64,000 bases of DNA from Heteronotia binoei (lineage: Eukaryota), in contig NC_083227.1 of assembly GCF_032191835.1 (NCBI RefSeq), positions 41,540,001 to 41,604,000 of the forward strand, given 5' to 3'. Position 1 is the first letter of the stretch. The number at the start of each line of letters is the position of its first letter. This document shows, piece after piece, positions 10,599 to 23,012 of the stretch. The notes beneath the pieces were generated by a model. It was not told the origin of the DNA, searched no databases, and saw nothing but the letters and a program-made list of their open reading frames with translations. The position numbers and the translations under genes were made by a program.

Positions 10599-11350
10599 TG
10601 TGGACATCATCACTACATCTTCTGGCAGCAAATCCCACATTTTAATCACTCTCTGTATTTCCTTTTGTCAGACCTGAACATATTGTCCATCAGTTTCTTT
10701 GGATGCCCTCGAGGTCTAGTGTTTTGGGAGAGGGAGTAAAATTTCTCTTTGTCAACTCTCTCCATCTCGTGTATAATTTTATAAACTTCTACCATGTTTC
10801 CCCTTTATTGACTCTTTTTTAAATTGAAAAGTCCCAGACACTTCAGCCTTTCCTCATAGGGAAGGTGCTCCAAACCCCTAATAACCTTGATTTCCCTCCT
10901 CTGCACTTTTTCCAGCTCTGCAACGTCCTTTTTGAGACACAAGGACACAGTATTCCAAATGAGGTCACAACATAGATCTATACAGGGGCATTACACAATA
11001 TTCGCCATTTTATTCCCTAGCTCTTTTCTAATAATCCCTAACCTAGAGTTTGTCTTTTTTCACAGCTGCAGCACACTATCCGCTATGACTTCAAGATCTT
11101 TCCCCCTCTCAGTCTCGGCAAGTTCAGACCCCATTAGCCTAAGCTTGAAGTTGGGATTTTTTGCCCCAATATATATTACCACGCTCACCAACACTGAACT
11201 TCATTTGCCACAGTGTCGCCCACTCGTGCAGTTTGTGGAGATCCTCTTAGAGCAGTCAGTCTTGGTTTTCACCATCCTGAATCATGTTGTGTCATCTGCA
11301 AACCTGGCTACTCAACTACTCACCCCTAGTTTCAGATCACTGAGGAATAG
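10599..11350 (-). mobile_element. Degenerate CR1 ORF2 3' remnant (continuation of 7101-7331)
   Basis: Minus strand resembles CR1 reverse-transcriptase C-terminal sequence, with frameshifts. Confidence 0.75.
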
Positions 11351-11613
11351 AATATAGGGCTGACAATCCCCAGTTGGGGGCAGGGGATCCCCTGGTTTGG
11401 AGGCCCTCCTGTCGCTTCAGGGCTATCAGCAAGCGGGCGGGGGGGGGGGGGAGGAAAATGTTCCACAGCCACTTCATTATTCCCTATGGAGACCAGTTCT
11501 TTTTGTATAAGGTTGTACTCTGTGATTCTCTACCATGAGGTGCCTCAATAACAGCAGAGGGAAGGAACCTAACAAGCTGTATGTGCTTTATAAAAAATAA
11601 CAGCAGCCCTTAC

Positions 11614-11687
11614 CCAAAGAGATCACATTCTCATAATTTTCCTGCATGTCGTCGCTGGGATCCAGAAGAGTCCACACGCTGCTATGC
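11614..11687 (-). CDS. ZNF-A KRAB-A-derived exon (HSSVWTLLDPSDD-MQENYENVISL); probable start ATG at 11647
   Basis: Acceptor ccttttcctccag|G and donor TTG G|gtaagg. WTLLDPS and MQENYENVISL match the KRAB-A consensus, with the QRALY-type segment missing. Confidence 0.85.
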
Positions 11688-13724
11688 CTGGAGGAAAAGG
11701 CACAATCACCCACATTCTTGCGGGTTGCATTCATTCTTGCAATAACAAGTGCCACCTTATTACCCTTCTGCCATAATCACATTGGTAATAGCCACGCCCA
11801 ACTCCAGGGATATTGCCAGTTTCTCTAAATTGTTTCCATGCTCTTCACTCAACAATGATCTCTATTAGAACTGGAAAGCCAATAACTTATATTGGAAGGC
11901 CAGCATACATTATGCAATTTAACAACAAAAAAATCTAACCACTGCAGCAAATTAAGCAGGATATTTACAAATTCCAATAAGTTAGGCAAATATGACCTGC
12001 TGGCTTATAAGGTTGCCAACCTCCAGGTGGGGGCTGGAGATCTCCCAGAATTACAAGGGATCTCCAGACTACAGAGATAAATTCCCCTGGAGAAAATGGC
12101 TGTTTTGGAGGGTGGGCTTTATGGTATTCTACCCAGTTGAGGTTCCTGCCTTCCCCAAACTCTGTCCTCCCCTCAGTTCCATCCCCAAATTTCCAGGAAT
12201 TTCCAGACCTGGAGCTGGCAACTGTACTGACTTGTCCTTCTGCTAGTTCTGGTCACACAGTCTTCAGAATGAGCCTTGAGTTCCGTTGAAACAGTGAGAA
12301 CAAAAGCCCAGCCTTTCATCATTTACTTACATAGTACAATTCTTTCCCCACCCTTCCACCAAGGAGCTCAGGGAAGTGTACACAGTTCTTTACCCTCCTT
12401 TTTTTATCCTCACAACGACCCTGTGAAGTAGGTGAAGCTGAGAGAGAGCAACTGCCCTATGTTTATCCAGAAAGCTTCACAGTAGGGTGGGGATTTGAAC
12501 TTGGGTCTGCCAGATTGTACTCTGGCACTCTAACCACTGTACCACCTCAGCTATCCAGCCGTAAGCCTTCTACCTCATAAAGGAGGTAAAAAAAGGGGGG
12601 GGGGGATCTGTTTTTGAGGGGATGCCTAAGTTGCATCAAGGGATTAAGAGGATGCCCACGCTCACAAATGATATGCAGGGATTCATCCATCTGGGACAAG
12701 TCTCAAGACTTCTTGGCTGACTCAAAGCCATGCAAAAAACAAAACAAAAAACACCACACCATGATGTACAAATTATGTTTTTACTCCCAACTGCACATTC
12801 AAAAAGAACACTCCTATACTCCACCTTTGTGTTTATAACCCCTAAGGACAGGGCTGGTGCTAGGCTTTCTGGTGCCCTAGGCAAGTTACCCACTAGCGCC
12901 CTCCCCCCTCATTATTAAAAAATAGGGAAAATGAAGATGGCCAAACTTGAAGCTTTTCACATTTTTAATTTACTGATTTTTAATTTTAATTTTTCACAAA
13001 AATGTGATAAGTTATAAAAAACTGTGAGAATAAGTACTTGCCGGCCATGCCAGGAAGGAGGGTGGCAAGACAGGATGAGGTGGGAGGCCAAGTCACACAT
13101 CAGGGAGAGGGTGGTGGCTTGGCTTTGTTGAGGACAACTTGGTAGTGGGGGAGGACGAGGTGACAGCGGTCAGCAGCGTTGGGGAGGGAGCACCCAGCAG
13201 TGACCCCTAGGCCGGGTGGCACCCTAGACAAATGCCTACTTTGCCTATTCCCAGGCACCGGCCCTGCTTAAGGATCTTAAAGTTGTGGAGAGAAGATATC
13301 CTATTAAAAGAGAAGGGGCACTAGAATTAAGGGGATTGTAATGATTTTAGATTCATGAACCCAGGCTGAAATACACAGATGTGATGGTGCTGGTGATGGA
13401 AGATCACAGCTAGGGGTGCCAACCTCTAAGTGGAGTCTGGAGGTGTCCTAGAACTACAACTGATCTCCAGATGACATAGAACAGTTTCATGGAGGAAATA
13501 ACACCTTTGGAGGCCAGACTCTACGGGACTGCATCCCTGTGTGCTGAGTTCCCTCTCCAGTCTCCACCCCCCAAATATCCCGGAATTTCCCAACCCAAAG
13601 TGGCAACCCTAACTCACAGCACATGCCTAAGACCCTAACTTCAGTCCTGGCATCACCACTTCATGAATCTCAGGCAGCAAGGCCGCCCTCTGACTGAAAC
13701 TTTGAGAAGCAGTTTGGTGTAGTG

Positions 13725-14448
13725 CAGGGGAGTTGAACTCATTTGTTAGGAGAGCCAGATATGACATAAATGAGACCTTGTTGGGCCAGGCCATGTTGGG
13801 TTGGGCTGGGCCATGTGTGTACCTATTTAAGATTAGGTAGCAGCAGGGCTTTTTATGTAGAAAAGGCCCAGCAGGAACTCATGTGCATATTAAGCCATAC
13901 CCCTTGACACCAAGGCAGCCAGAACTGCGTGCCTGTGCGTTCCTGCTCAAAAAAAGCCCTGGGTAGCAGTGATATAAACTTTATAAAGGACACAGACAAA
14001 CGCAATTTTATATATAAAAAATGCTTAAAACGTTAGCACTCGTTGGTCTTAAAGGTGCTTTCTTTGCACTTCTCCCATGGGATCCAGGGAAATGGGCAAA
14101 GGAAGCTCTCTTTCCTTCCTTCCTCAGGAGATTAGGGGGGAGTCCCACCCAATAGAAGGAAGATAGGCTTGGCTCAGTAGCTCTGCTCTGCAATTGAGAG
14201 AGCCTGGAAAAACAAGCTCTGCCTCCCCCCCCCCGCTCCCCAAGGGAGGAGCCTCAGCCAATGGAGAAAATAAAGGTTTTGCTCTGTAGCTCCTGTGCAA
14301 TTGAGCAAGTCTTGCAAAGCAAGCTGTTATGCAGAAGGAAGCAAGATATAGGGAGAAGGAAGCAGATTATAGCCAGTTGCTTGGGGGCCTGATAGGAGTC
14401 CTCCATTCGGCTCCCGAACCGCATGTTTGACACCCCTGGCACGGTTAG
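13725..14448. mobile_element. hAT MITE (caggggtgtcaaactcattt family) with a nested cagggctttt MITE at about 13842-13961; relatives at 21819-22440, 25018-25953, 33260-33490, 56768-56880
   Basis: cagggg...cccctg termini and shared internal sequence among copies. Confidence 0.75.
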
Positions 14449-14751
14449 GGCGCAAGATTCGCATCTGAGGTCACCCCCGCCTCCAATTCAGGTTCCTACT
14501 CAGAGCTCACAGCTTTTCCTTGCAGGTTGCAATCTCTCAGCCTAACCTACCTGGCAAGGTTGTTGTGAGACTGATACCGTAAATTACCCCGAGATCCTTG
14601 GAAGAAAGGAGAGGTATGCAGATGTGAGAAATAAAACGCACTCGAGAGGCTGGGAGCGAGAGTGGGGGTGCATACCGCCCCACAGAAGGGGATGAAGTCA
14701 GATTTAAGGGCAGCCCCTCGCTTCGGTCTTGCAAGCGTCGTTTCGCCTTAC

Positions 14752-14830
14752 CCTCTTTCCCTGCTCGCAAGGTAGTCTTGGTTCTTGAATTACTGTTCCA
14801 TAGTGGGGTGTGTTTGCTTCTCCGGGAGCG
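14752..14830 (-). other. Candidate non-coding first exon of ZNF-A (5' boundary unknown)
   Basis: Minus-strand donor GAAAGAGG|gtaagg at 14752/14751 lies inside the CpG island. The frame continuous with the next exon has an upstream TAA (after a short ATG GAA CAG TAA uORF), consistent with 5'UTR. Confidence 0.5.
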
Positions 14831-15299
14831 GCATCTCTTCTCGATCCCGGGCGTGTCAACGTGTAGGGAGAGGGAGGCTAGAAAGCCGAACGCGATCCTG
14901 AGTCGCTCGCTTTCCTTCCTCCCCTTCCCAACATTTTCTCTCTTTCTCGCGCTCTCTGCAGCTTCTCGGTTACCTGGTGCTTCCGGTTCAAGAGTGAATG
15001 GATTGTGCCTGCGAAATCCGGAGACTCCTCTGGTGATTTATTAATTTTTAAGATTATTTTTAGCGATCAGTCCGAAAAAAAGAGAAAGAAAGAAAGCCAT
15101 AGGTTGCCGACCGGCTTGGTATTGAAAGGACACAGGAAGGGGCCGGAGGAAGCTGCTGGTGGTTGGGATTTGATGCTGAGAGGCGAGGAGGGGGAGGCAG
15201 GAAGGCGGGGAGGAGGTCTGGGGGGCGGAGGATCATAAAGAATAGAGAGCGAAGAGATCAGAAACCGTGGTGGTGGGAAGGGGGTGTCTCCCTGCCTTT

Positions 15300-15520
15300 C
15301 AACGGCGAAGAGACTCAAGCTGCCTCCATTGCGGATTGCAACTGGGGGAGTCCCCCTCCCGGCGACAGAAGACTGGAGGGATCCTATGCAAAGGGGCAGA
15401 CGGCCTTTCAGAAAGACCTCGAGCCGGGCAAGGACTTTCTCATTGTTTGGATAGGAGCAGCTTCCCCCCAGAGCCCCCGGCAATCCGCAGATCTGGTTGC
15501 TCCTGAGCCGAAGAAACCAG
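15300..15520 (+). other. Candidate upstream exon of ZNF-B (5' boundary unknown; probably 5'UTR or N-terminal extension)
   Basis: Donor AAACCAG|gtaaac at 15520/15521 is phase-compatible with the 18007 acceptor. The frame is open from 15163 but contains no in-frame ATG. Confidence 0.55.
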
Positions 15521-16196
15521 GTAAACGCCTTGAAGAGGAGCTCTGTAAATGGACTGGAAAGTCACCCCTGTACGGAAAATAAAAAGAGACGATCCGTGCT
15601 GGAAAGGATCGGGAACGGGTGGGGGGAGGAGTGAGCTCCCGAACCGCTGCTTCTATTGACACATGACCTTGTTAAACTCCTGCAAGGGACAGGTTCAGTT
15701 ACCTTGTCAAATAGCGTAATGGCCCAGCCAGCCCTGGGGTTTCTCTGGTCTTTAAAACTTTGAGGTTTGCAAAAAGAGGGGGAGAGGAGAGCTAGCAATT
15801 GCCCTCCAGGCCAATTCTTTGCCTAGCCGAAGCTCCTTTGTGCGGTGGTTCCCAGCCTGCTTGAATCCACATACACTTCTCAGACTTTGATTTGAAAAGT
15901 CTCCAGAAAATGTATTCTGCTTTTGTTGTTGTTGTTGTTGTTGTTCTAGAGGTTTTAAAATGTATAGTGTTCCTGCTGATCTGGATCTGACATTTGGTCC
16001 TGTAAATTGAAGAATGCTGGACTTTGAAATATATATATTTTTAAAAAGAAAGGAAACCATTACAGCCCCACTTGGCTGAATAACCATGTTCACAACCTTC
16101 TTCCTGGATGGCTTTGAACAACTGGCTTGGGTTTTTCCCACTCTACAAAGTGGGAATGGTAGGGATCTGTATCTCAGTTTGTGTTGAGTCACGTAA

Positions 16197-16335
16197 CACC
16201 TTTAAGACTAACAAATTTTGCTGTAGCATTAGCTTTCAAGAAACACAGCTCTGTTCATCAGATGCATCAAATGCAAAATTTGTTAGTCTTAAAGGCGCAA
16301 CTGGACTTTTTACTATTTTGCAGCAACAGACTAAC
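16197..16335. repeat. Short inverted-repeat remnant, probably Penelope-like; similar at about 16822-16985, 21706-21790 / 22770-22870, 51050-51275, 54225-54445, 57395-57760
   Basis: Recurrent tttgttagtc(t)ttaaggtgc(t/c)actggac motif in inverted orientation. The family assignment is from recall only. Confidence 0.5.
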
Positions 16336-16559
16336 ACGGCTAACTCCTTTGGCTCACTTTGCGTTGAGTGCAAGGACATCTCTTAGTCATCCAGAATTGG
16401 ACAGATGCTTTATGGCAGAGTGTTTTGTGTGTGAGAGAGGGGACAGGAACTCTTTGACTGATCCCCCAGCTCATCCAAACAACCAGATTAGGGTAGTCCT
16501 TCATGGCATCATGATGAATCAGTGAATGTCCCAGAAGATCCAGCACAGTTATGTACCTC

Positions 16560-16769
16560 CAGGGCTTTTTTTGTAGCAGGAATTCCGTTGCATATTTGGC
16601 CCCCACCCCTGATGTAGCCAATCCTCCTGGAGCCGAAGAAACCAGGTAAATGCCTTGAAGAGCTGTGTAGGCCCTGTACTAAGAGCACTGTAAGCTCTTG
16701 GAGGATTGGCTACATCAGAGGTGTGTGGCCTAATATGCAAAGGAGTTCCTGTTGCAAAAAAAGCCCTTA
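16560..16769. mobile_element. Palindromic hAT MITE (cagggcttttt...aaaaagccct) with 8-bp TSD; relatives at 33061-33242 and about 41583-41760
   Basis: Long TIRs; flanks tgtacctc / agtacctc. Confidence 0.85.
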
Positions 16770-18006
16770 GTACCTCTTTCCAGATACATTCAGGTGGGTC
16801 ATTGTGTTGGTCTACAGTAGAAGAGCTAGATTCAAGTCCAGCAGCACCTTAGAGGCCAACAGGCTTTTCAGAGTATAAAGTTTTGAGAGTCAAAGCACTC
16901 TTTGTCAGATCTGATGTAGGAGCTTTGATTCTCATGCTCAGGAAATCTTTTAAGATGTTACTGGACTCAAACTAACTTTTCCTACACTGCTTCCCATAGT
17001 TCCTGTTCAGGACTAAATCTAGTGGCCCACAGAGTATAGAGGGCTCAAGTCTGAACACAGTATGGTTATTCAGTGATCTGCTAAGGGATAAATCCTCTGC
17101 TTTTGCTGCCTCTGTAGGAGTTGTCAACACAAGAGGTTTTCAAGTGCCTGGAAGACCACAATCATGGCTCATGGGCTTCGTTTGGCTTGGTGGGGCATAG
17201 TATGCAGACCTGATTTATCTCAATGCATTGACAGAAATGACTTTTTTCAAATATTTTTAATGGCATCAGAATCTTTTCCTCCAGGCCCCGCTCTTCTTGG
17301 GCCAATCGCAAGTTACCCATCTGCTTCCAGGTCTTGTCTTCTCAGCTAGAGTTTGGGGCTGATAGCCATTTCTGATCATGCAACTTGATAGCACGTTCCA
17401 CCACCACCGTAAGAAAGAGATGTTCTGCTGAGCTTTTGCATAAGGACAGCAATGGCTGCCATGCTGGCACCTCTCTCCTCTGCCCCTCCTAGGGGTCCCC
17501 CTGCTCCCGATATAACATTCAGAAACCTCTTCAACAGCACTTTTAATAAGACACCATCGGGGTTTAATTTGTTTTAGTCTAAGTGGTTTTATTGGTCTAT
17601 ATGTATGTATTTTTTAATTCTGTTGTACATTGTCTAGACTTCGGCAGCAGCTGGGATGGGGCGATAAATAAATAAATCTAATAGTAGTAGTAGTAGTAAC
17701 AATTATTATTATAATTATTAATTTGTTTAATAATTTGTTTTAGTTTGGTTTTATTGTTCTATATGCATGTATTTTTTTAATTCTGTTGTACATTGCCTAG
17801 ACTCTAGCAGCAGCTGGGATGGAGCGATAAATAAATAAATCTAATAGTAACAACAACAACAGACTGGGAAATATCAATATTCTGTATACAACAGAGACAT
17901 ACTGAAATGAAAACCAGATTAATGCTTTACGCCAGGAATGTTTCTGTTACCAACCTTAAGCAGCAGGTGCTAAGTATGGTGTTGGTGGGTGTTCCTCTTG
18001 TTTCAG

Positions 18007-18135
18007 GACCTGTCCTCGGCAAGGAACTGGGTTGGTGTCAGATCATGGAGGATGAGTGGCTAGTTGTTGATCCTAACCAGAAGCCTATCTACAGGGAAAC
18101 TCACCAAGAGCCTTGTGAAAGTCTGGTGGCACTCA
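18007..18135 (+). CDS. ZNF-B divergent KRAB-A exon (GPVLGKELGWCQI-MEDEWLVVDPNQKPIYRETHQEPCESLVAL); candidate start ATG at 18045
   Basis: Acceptor cctcttgtttcag|GA, donor CTC A|gtaagt, 129 nt, phase 1-1. EDEWLVVDPNQKPIYRE...ESLVAL aligns with KRAB-A EEWALLDPSQKALYRD...SLVSL. The ATG has good Kozak context (atcATGG). Confidence 0.8.
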
Positions 18136-19155
18136 GTAAGTATCTTTGTCACAGAACATAAGCTGTCAGACCTAAGAGAGGAGCATATAGCAGCTTTCGG
18201 ACAAAATGCTTGCCCTGCTTTGACTGGGCTCTTTTTCCAGTTGTGCCTGCAGTAACTGTCAGTACCAAGAACTGCAATAGGCAGGTGGAGGCTTCTGAAC
18301 ACATAGAGATGTTTATTCACTGTGAACTTTAAAAGCATAGGAACAAAGGGGGGAATATTAACACTTCCATCACTTCTAACAAGAATCTGTACACTAAAAT
18401 GGGTCAGCCATAGCTCTTGTAGGAGTTGTCCTTGAAAGGGTAGCTGCTGTAAGAGCTCTCTCAGCCCCACCTACTTCACAGGGTGTCTGTTGTCGGGGGG
18501 GGGGGGAAGGTAAAGGAGGTTGTGACTGCTCTGTGACTCAGATTCAGAGTATAGGGTGGGATATAAATCCAATATTTTCTTTTTCTAAAAAAGTTTTTTA
18601 TATTAGTCTGGTAAATAAGCTTCTTTCAGCTCTGGACACATTGTACTGTCTGTCAGTTTGCACAGCCAAAACTGAAAATAATATAGACTAATGTTTGCTT
18701 TCATGCAGAATCTAACCGATTTCTCGCTAGCAGTTGCTTTGCCCCTAGGTTTCTGCTTTCCCTGGCTCAAGTGATCAATTCCCCACCAGTTGCTGTGCAG
18801 GTGCATTTTGATCCGCAGCTCCCTCCAATTTCCTTTGCAGCTTCCAGATTTTAAAAAAAAAGAGCAGGAAGCCAGGAGGGGAATTGGATGAAAATGCGCC
18901 CAACTGGTGGGGAATTGATTGCTTGAGCTGGGGAAAGCAGAAGCCCAGGGGTGGAGCAACTGCTAGTGATGAATTGGTCTCAGATGAGGTGACAAATGTT
19001 GCATCCTGACCTCAATCCTCACTGACAGTTTTCTCTTCAATAATGACTACTTTATTCAAGGGGGATCACTGCACTTGAATTCCACAGATAGTGAGCCTAA
19101 CTCCTCAAAGGCCCCCACCTAAAAATAGTACCACTAAGCTTTGTGGGCATCTATC

Positions 19156-19186
<31 letters not shown>

Positions 19187-20196
19187 CAATTTTTATTTAT
19201 ACCCCACCCTCCCCGCCGAGGCAGGCTCAGGGTGGCTACCAACTAAATAAAGCTGTTTGCCCTCCAAAAATTCTGTAATGGAGAAGGTCAAAGGTACAGA
19301 CACTTCACGTCACCACAGTGAACTGCAAGCCAGAATGCCACCTTGCAGACTCTCTCACAAGGTTATCTTTCACAGTTATCAGGTCCTGCCTGGAATGTCA
19401 GGATTCAATTGCAAATTTGTTGGAGCAACTTTCTCCAGTCCTTTAAAGCTAATCTAGTCCCTGCACCACCCTAGACTGATGGGCTGTCTGCTGCCAGCCT
19501 TTGTAAAAATAGTTACATTTCAGCCCTTATAATTTTCAGTTTAAAACCAATTTCCTCTCACAACTTTCGATGCTTAATAGAGAGTGTTTTCACCAGAGAT
19601 GTCATGTTATGTTGTGACTCTCCTTGCTGGCGCATGAAAAGTTTCCACCTGTTCTGCAACCCACAGAAAGCTAGCTCAGGTCTGGCTAGTTCAGGTCTGG
19701 CTATGGCTGTTGCCAGAGCAGTTAGGGAAAATATACCTGAGAGCTAGACTGTAGTAATAGTTACAGTCTCAGACTAGAATCTGGGAGATTTTGGTTCATA
19801 TCCCCATTTTGCTATGGAAGCTCTCTGGGTGACCTAAGGCCAGTCAGTTGCTCTCTCTCAGCCCAGCCTACCTCACAGAGAAGGAGGAGAGGAGAACAAG
19901 AAGTTGACGATGATATTGGATTTATATCCTGCCCTCCACTCCGAATCTCAGAGTGGCTCACAATCTCCTTTATCTTCCCCCCCCACAACAAACACCCTGA
20001 GAGGTGGGTGGGGCTGAGAGGCTCTCACAGCAGCTGCCATTTCAAGGACAACCTCTGCCAGTGCTATGGCCAACCCAAGGCCATTCCAGCAGGTGCAAGT
20101 GGAGAATCAAACCTGGTTCTCCCAGATAAGAGTCCACACACTTAACCACTACACCAAACTGGAGAGCAAATGTATGCCGCCTTGAGCTTCTTTGAG

Positions 20197-20850
20197 GAAT
20201 CATATAATCATAGAGTTGGAAAGGACCTCCAGGGTCATCTAGTCCAACCCTCTGCACAATGCAGGAAACTCACAAACACTTCCCCCTAAATTCACAGGAA
20301 CTTCATTGCTGTCAGATGGCCATCTAGCCTCTGTTTAAAAACCTCCAAGGAAGGAGAGCCCACCACCTCCCAAGGAAGCCTGTTCCACTGAGGAATTGCT
20401 CTAACTGTCAGGAAGTTCTTCCTAATGTTGAGCCGGAACCTCTTTTGATTTAATTTCAACCCATTGGTTCTGGTCCTACCTTCCGGGGCCAAAGAAAACA
20501 ATTCCATACCATCCTCTGTATGACAGCCCTTCAAGTACTTGAAGATGGTGATCATATCACCTCTCAGCTGCTTCCTCTCCAGGCTAACCATTCCCAGCTC
20601 CTTCAGCCTTTCCTCATAGGACTTGGTCTCCAGACCCCTCATCATCTTCGTCGCCTCCTCTGGACCTGTTCCAGCTTGTCTATATCCTTCTTAAAATGTG
20701 GTGGCCAAAACTGAACACAATACTCCAGGTGAGTCTTACCAGAGCAGAGTAAAGCAATACCATCACATCACGTGATCTGGACACTATACTTCTGTTGATA
20801 CAGCCCAAAATTGCATTTGCCTTTTTAGCCACCGCATCACACTGTTGACT
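20197..20850 (-). mobile_element. 5'-truncated CR1 LINE (different subfamily)
   Basis: The minus ORF 20292..20645 is the CR1 ORF2 C-terminus; typical 3' tail at about 20200. Confidence 0.88.
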
Positions 20851-23012
20851 CAGGAAGAGGGGGGATAAAACAGACAATATAAAAAAACCCCTACTCTGCT
20901 GGGCTTACGTGGGGCATTTTAAATTGAAATGCAGAAGTGAGAGGGAACTGAAATTGATATCTTAATGGCTGGGCTCTGCTGTGCTATTTCCAGGACCAAT
21001 ATTCAAGTAAATATTTTTAATTCTCATTTACTCTGTGGACTGGAAGATGCTTTGAGGTAGCCAGAGCTATATGTAAATCTTAGATTACTATGCAGAGACA
21101 GGCACTTACTTGAGCTTAGTTAATGTGTAAAGGCACACCTGATTTCCTTACATTGGTTATTGTAATCATGACAGTTGACTGCTCAATAGATGAACAAGCT
21201 TCATTGAACATCATTGCATTGGTGGCCTGGTGTCATGAAAGTTATATCCCTGGGCTTAGATATGAGATGGCCCATTCACACATGTAAATCCTTGGGGTAA
21301 GGTGGTGGCTCAGCAGTAGAGCATCTGCTTTGCATGCAGAAGGTTCTGGGTTCAATCCTGGGCAGCTCCTGCTTAAAGATTGGCTTGCAGGTAACGAGAC
21401 TGCAGAAAGCTGATTCCAGTCAAGAGCAGACAATGCTGACCTTGATGGACTAAGGGTCTGACTCAGTAGAAGGCAACTTCTTGAGTTGATTTGTTCAACA
21501 CTGATGTGCGAAGTAGCCTCTTTGGAGTTTTCACGCAGGAACTGACAACTTGGAACCAAAGGTCACATTCAATTTGGCGTATTCTTTGGCCTAGGAGGCC
21601 AAAGAAAAGCAAGAGTAGCGTATGCAGGCAAGACAAATTAAAACAGATTGCATATCTGCACATATTTGAGCAAGTATTTAATACTGAAGAGCTGGAGCCC
21701 AGTAACATCTTTAAGACAAAGTTTCATTATTAAAGGTATAAGCTTTTGTGTGTACACGCACACTTCTTCAGATACAAGGAAATGAAATTGTTGTCCCTGC
21801 TTTCTCTCAGACTATCTACAGGGGCGTCAAACTCATTTGTTATGAGGGCCGGATCTCACATAAATGAGACCTTGTTGGGCCAGGCCATGTCGAGTTGGGC
21901 CATGTTGGGCCAGTCCATGTGCGTACCTATTTAAGATTAGGTGGAAGAGATATAAACTTTATAAAAGACACAAACATAATTAAATATTTTTTTAGAAAAA
22001 CGTAAAAATATGCTTAAAACATTAGCATTTGTTGGTCTTAAAGGTGCTTTCTTTGTATTTCTCCCATAGGATCCAAGGAACTGGGCAAAGGAAGCTCTGG
22101 CTCTTTCCTTCCTTCACCAAGGAATGAGGGGGAGGAGTCTCAGCCAGTAGAAGGAAGAGAGGCTTGGCTCAGTAGCTCTGCTGTGTGATTGAGAGAGTCT
22201 GGCAAAGCAAGCTGTCTCTCCTCCCCTTCCTCCCCAAGGGGAGAGCCTCAGCCAATGGAGAAAATGTAGGTTTTCTCTGTAGTTCCTGTGCTATTGAGCA
22301 AGCCTTGCAAAGCAAGCTGTGATGCAGAAGGAAGCAAGAGAGAGGGAGAAGGAAGCAGATGACAGCCAGTTGCTCGGGGGCCTGATAGGAGCCTTCCATA
22401 GGCCTGATTTGGCCCCCAGGCCACATGTTTGACACCCCTGGTCTACATCATGTTATATGCTAATTAATTATAGCCAGCCAGTTTGGTGTAGTCATTAAGT
22501 GCACAGATTCTCATCTGAGAGAACTGGGTTTGATTCCCCACTCCTCCAGTTGCAGCTGCTGGAATGGCCTTGGGTCAGCCATAGCTATTGCAGAGCTGTC
22601 CTTGAAAGGGCAGCTTCTCAGCCCCACCTACTTCTAAGGTGTCTTTTGGTGAGGGGAGGGAGAGAAAGGAGATTGTAGGTCACTCTGAGATTTTAGAGTA
22701 TAGGGTGGGGTATAACCAATATCAATATCTTCTAATTTGCTTTTCAACCCTGTCTAAGTTTGAATGGTTTTCTCCCATTTCATTGTATCTGAAGAAGTGT
22801 GTGTATACACACAAAAGCTTATACCTTTAATAATAAAACTTTGTCTTAAAGGTGCTACTGGACTTCAGACCAATACTCACCTGGATCTATCCTGGGGAGC
22901 TGTAAGATTGGTGGTGGAAACAGTCACAAAAGATGGGTAAAGGAAGCATGGCTAGAACAAGACCCAGCAAGCCTTTGAGATTTCCTGTTTGTTTGTTTCT
23001 TTCTCCAAGCAG

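Larger units (their letters stand above)
14600..15600. promoter_or_regulatory. CpG island; probable bidirectional promoter of ZNF-A (-) and ZNF-B (+)
   Basis: CpG-dense relative to its flanks, with an ETS-like CTTCCGG near 14980 and outward-facing splice donors at 14751 (-) and 15521 (+). Confidence 0.7.
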
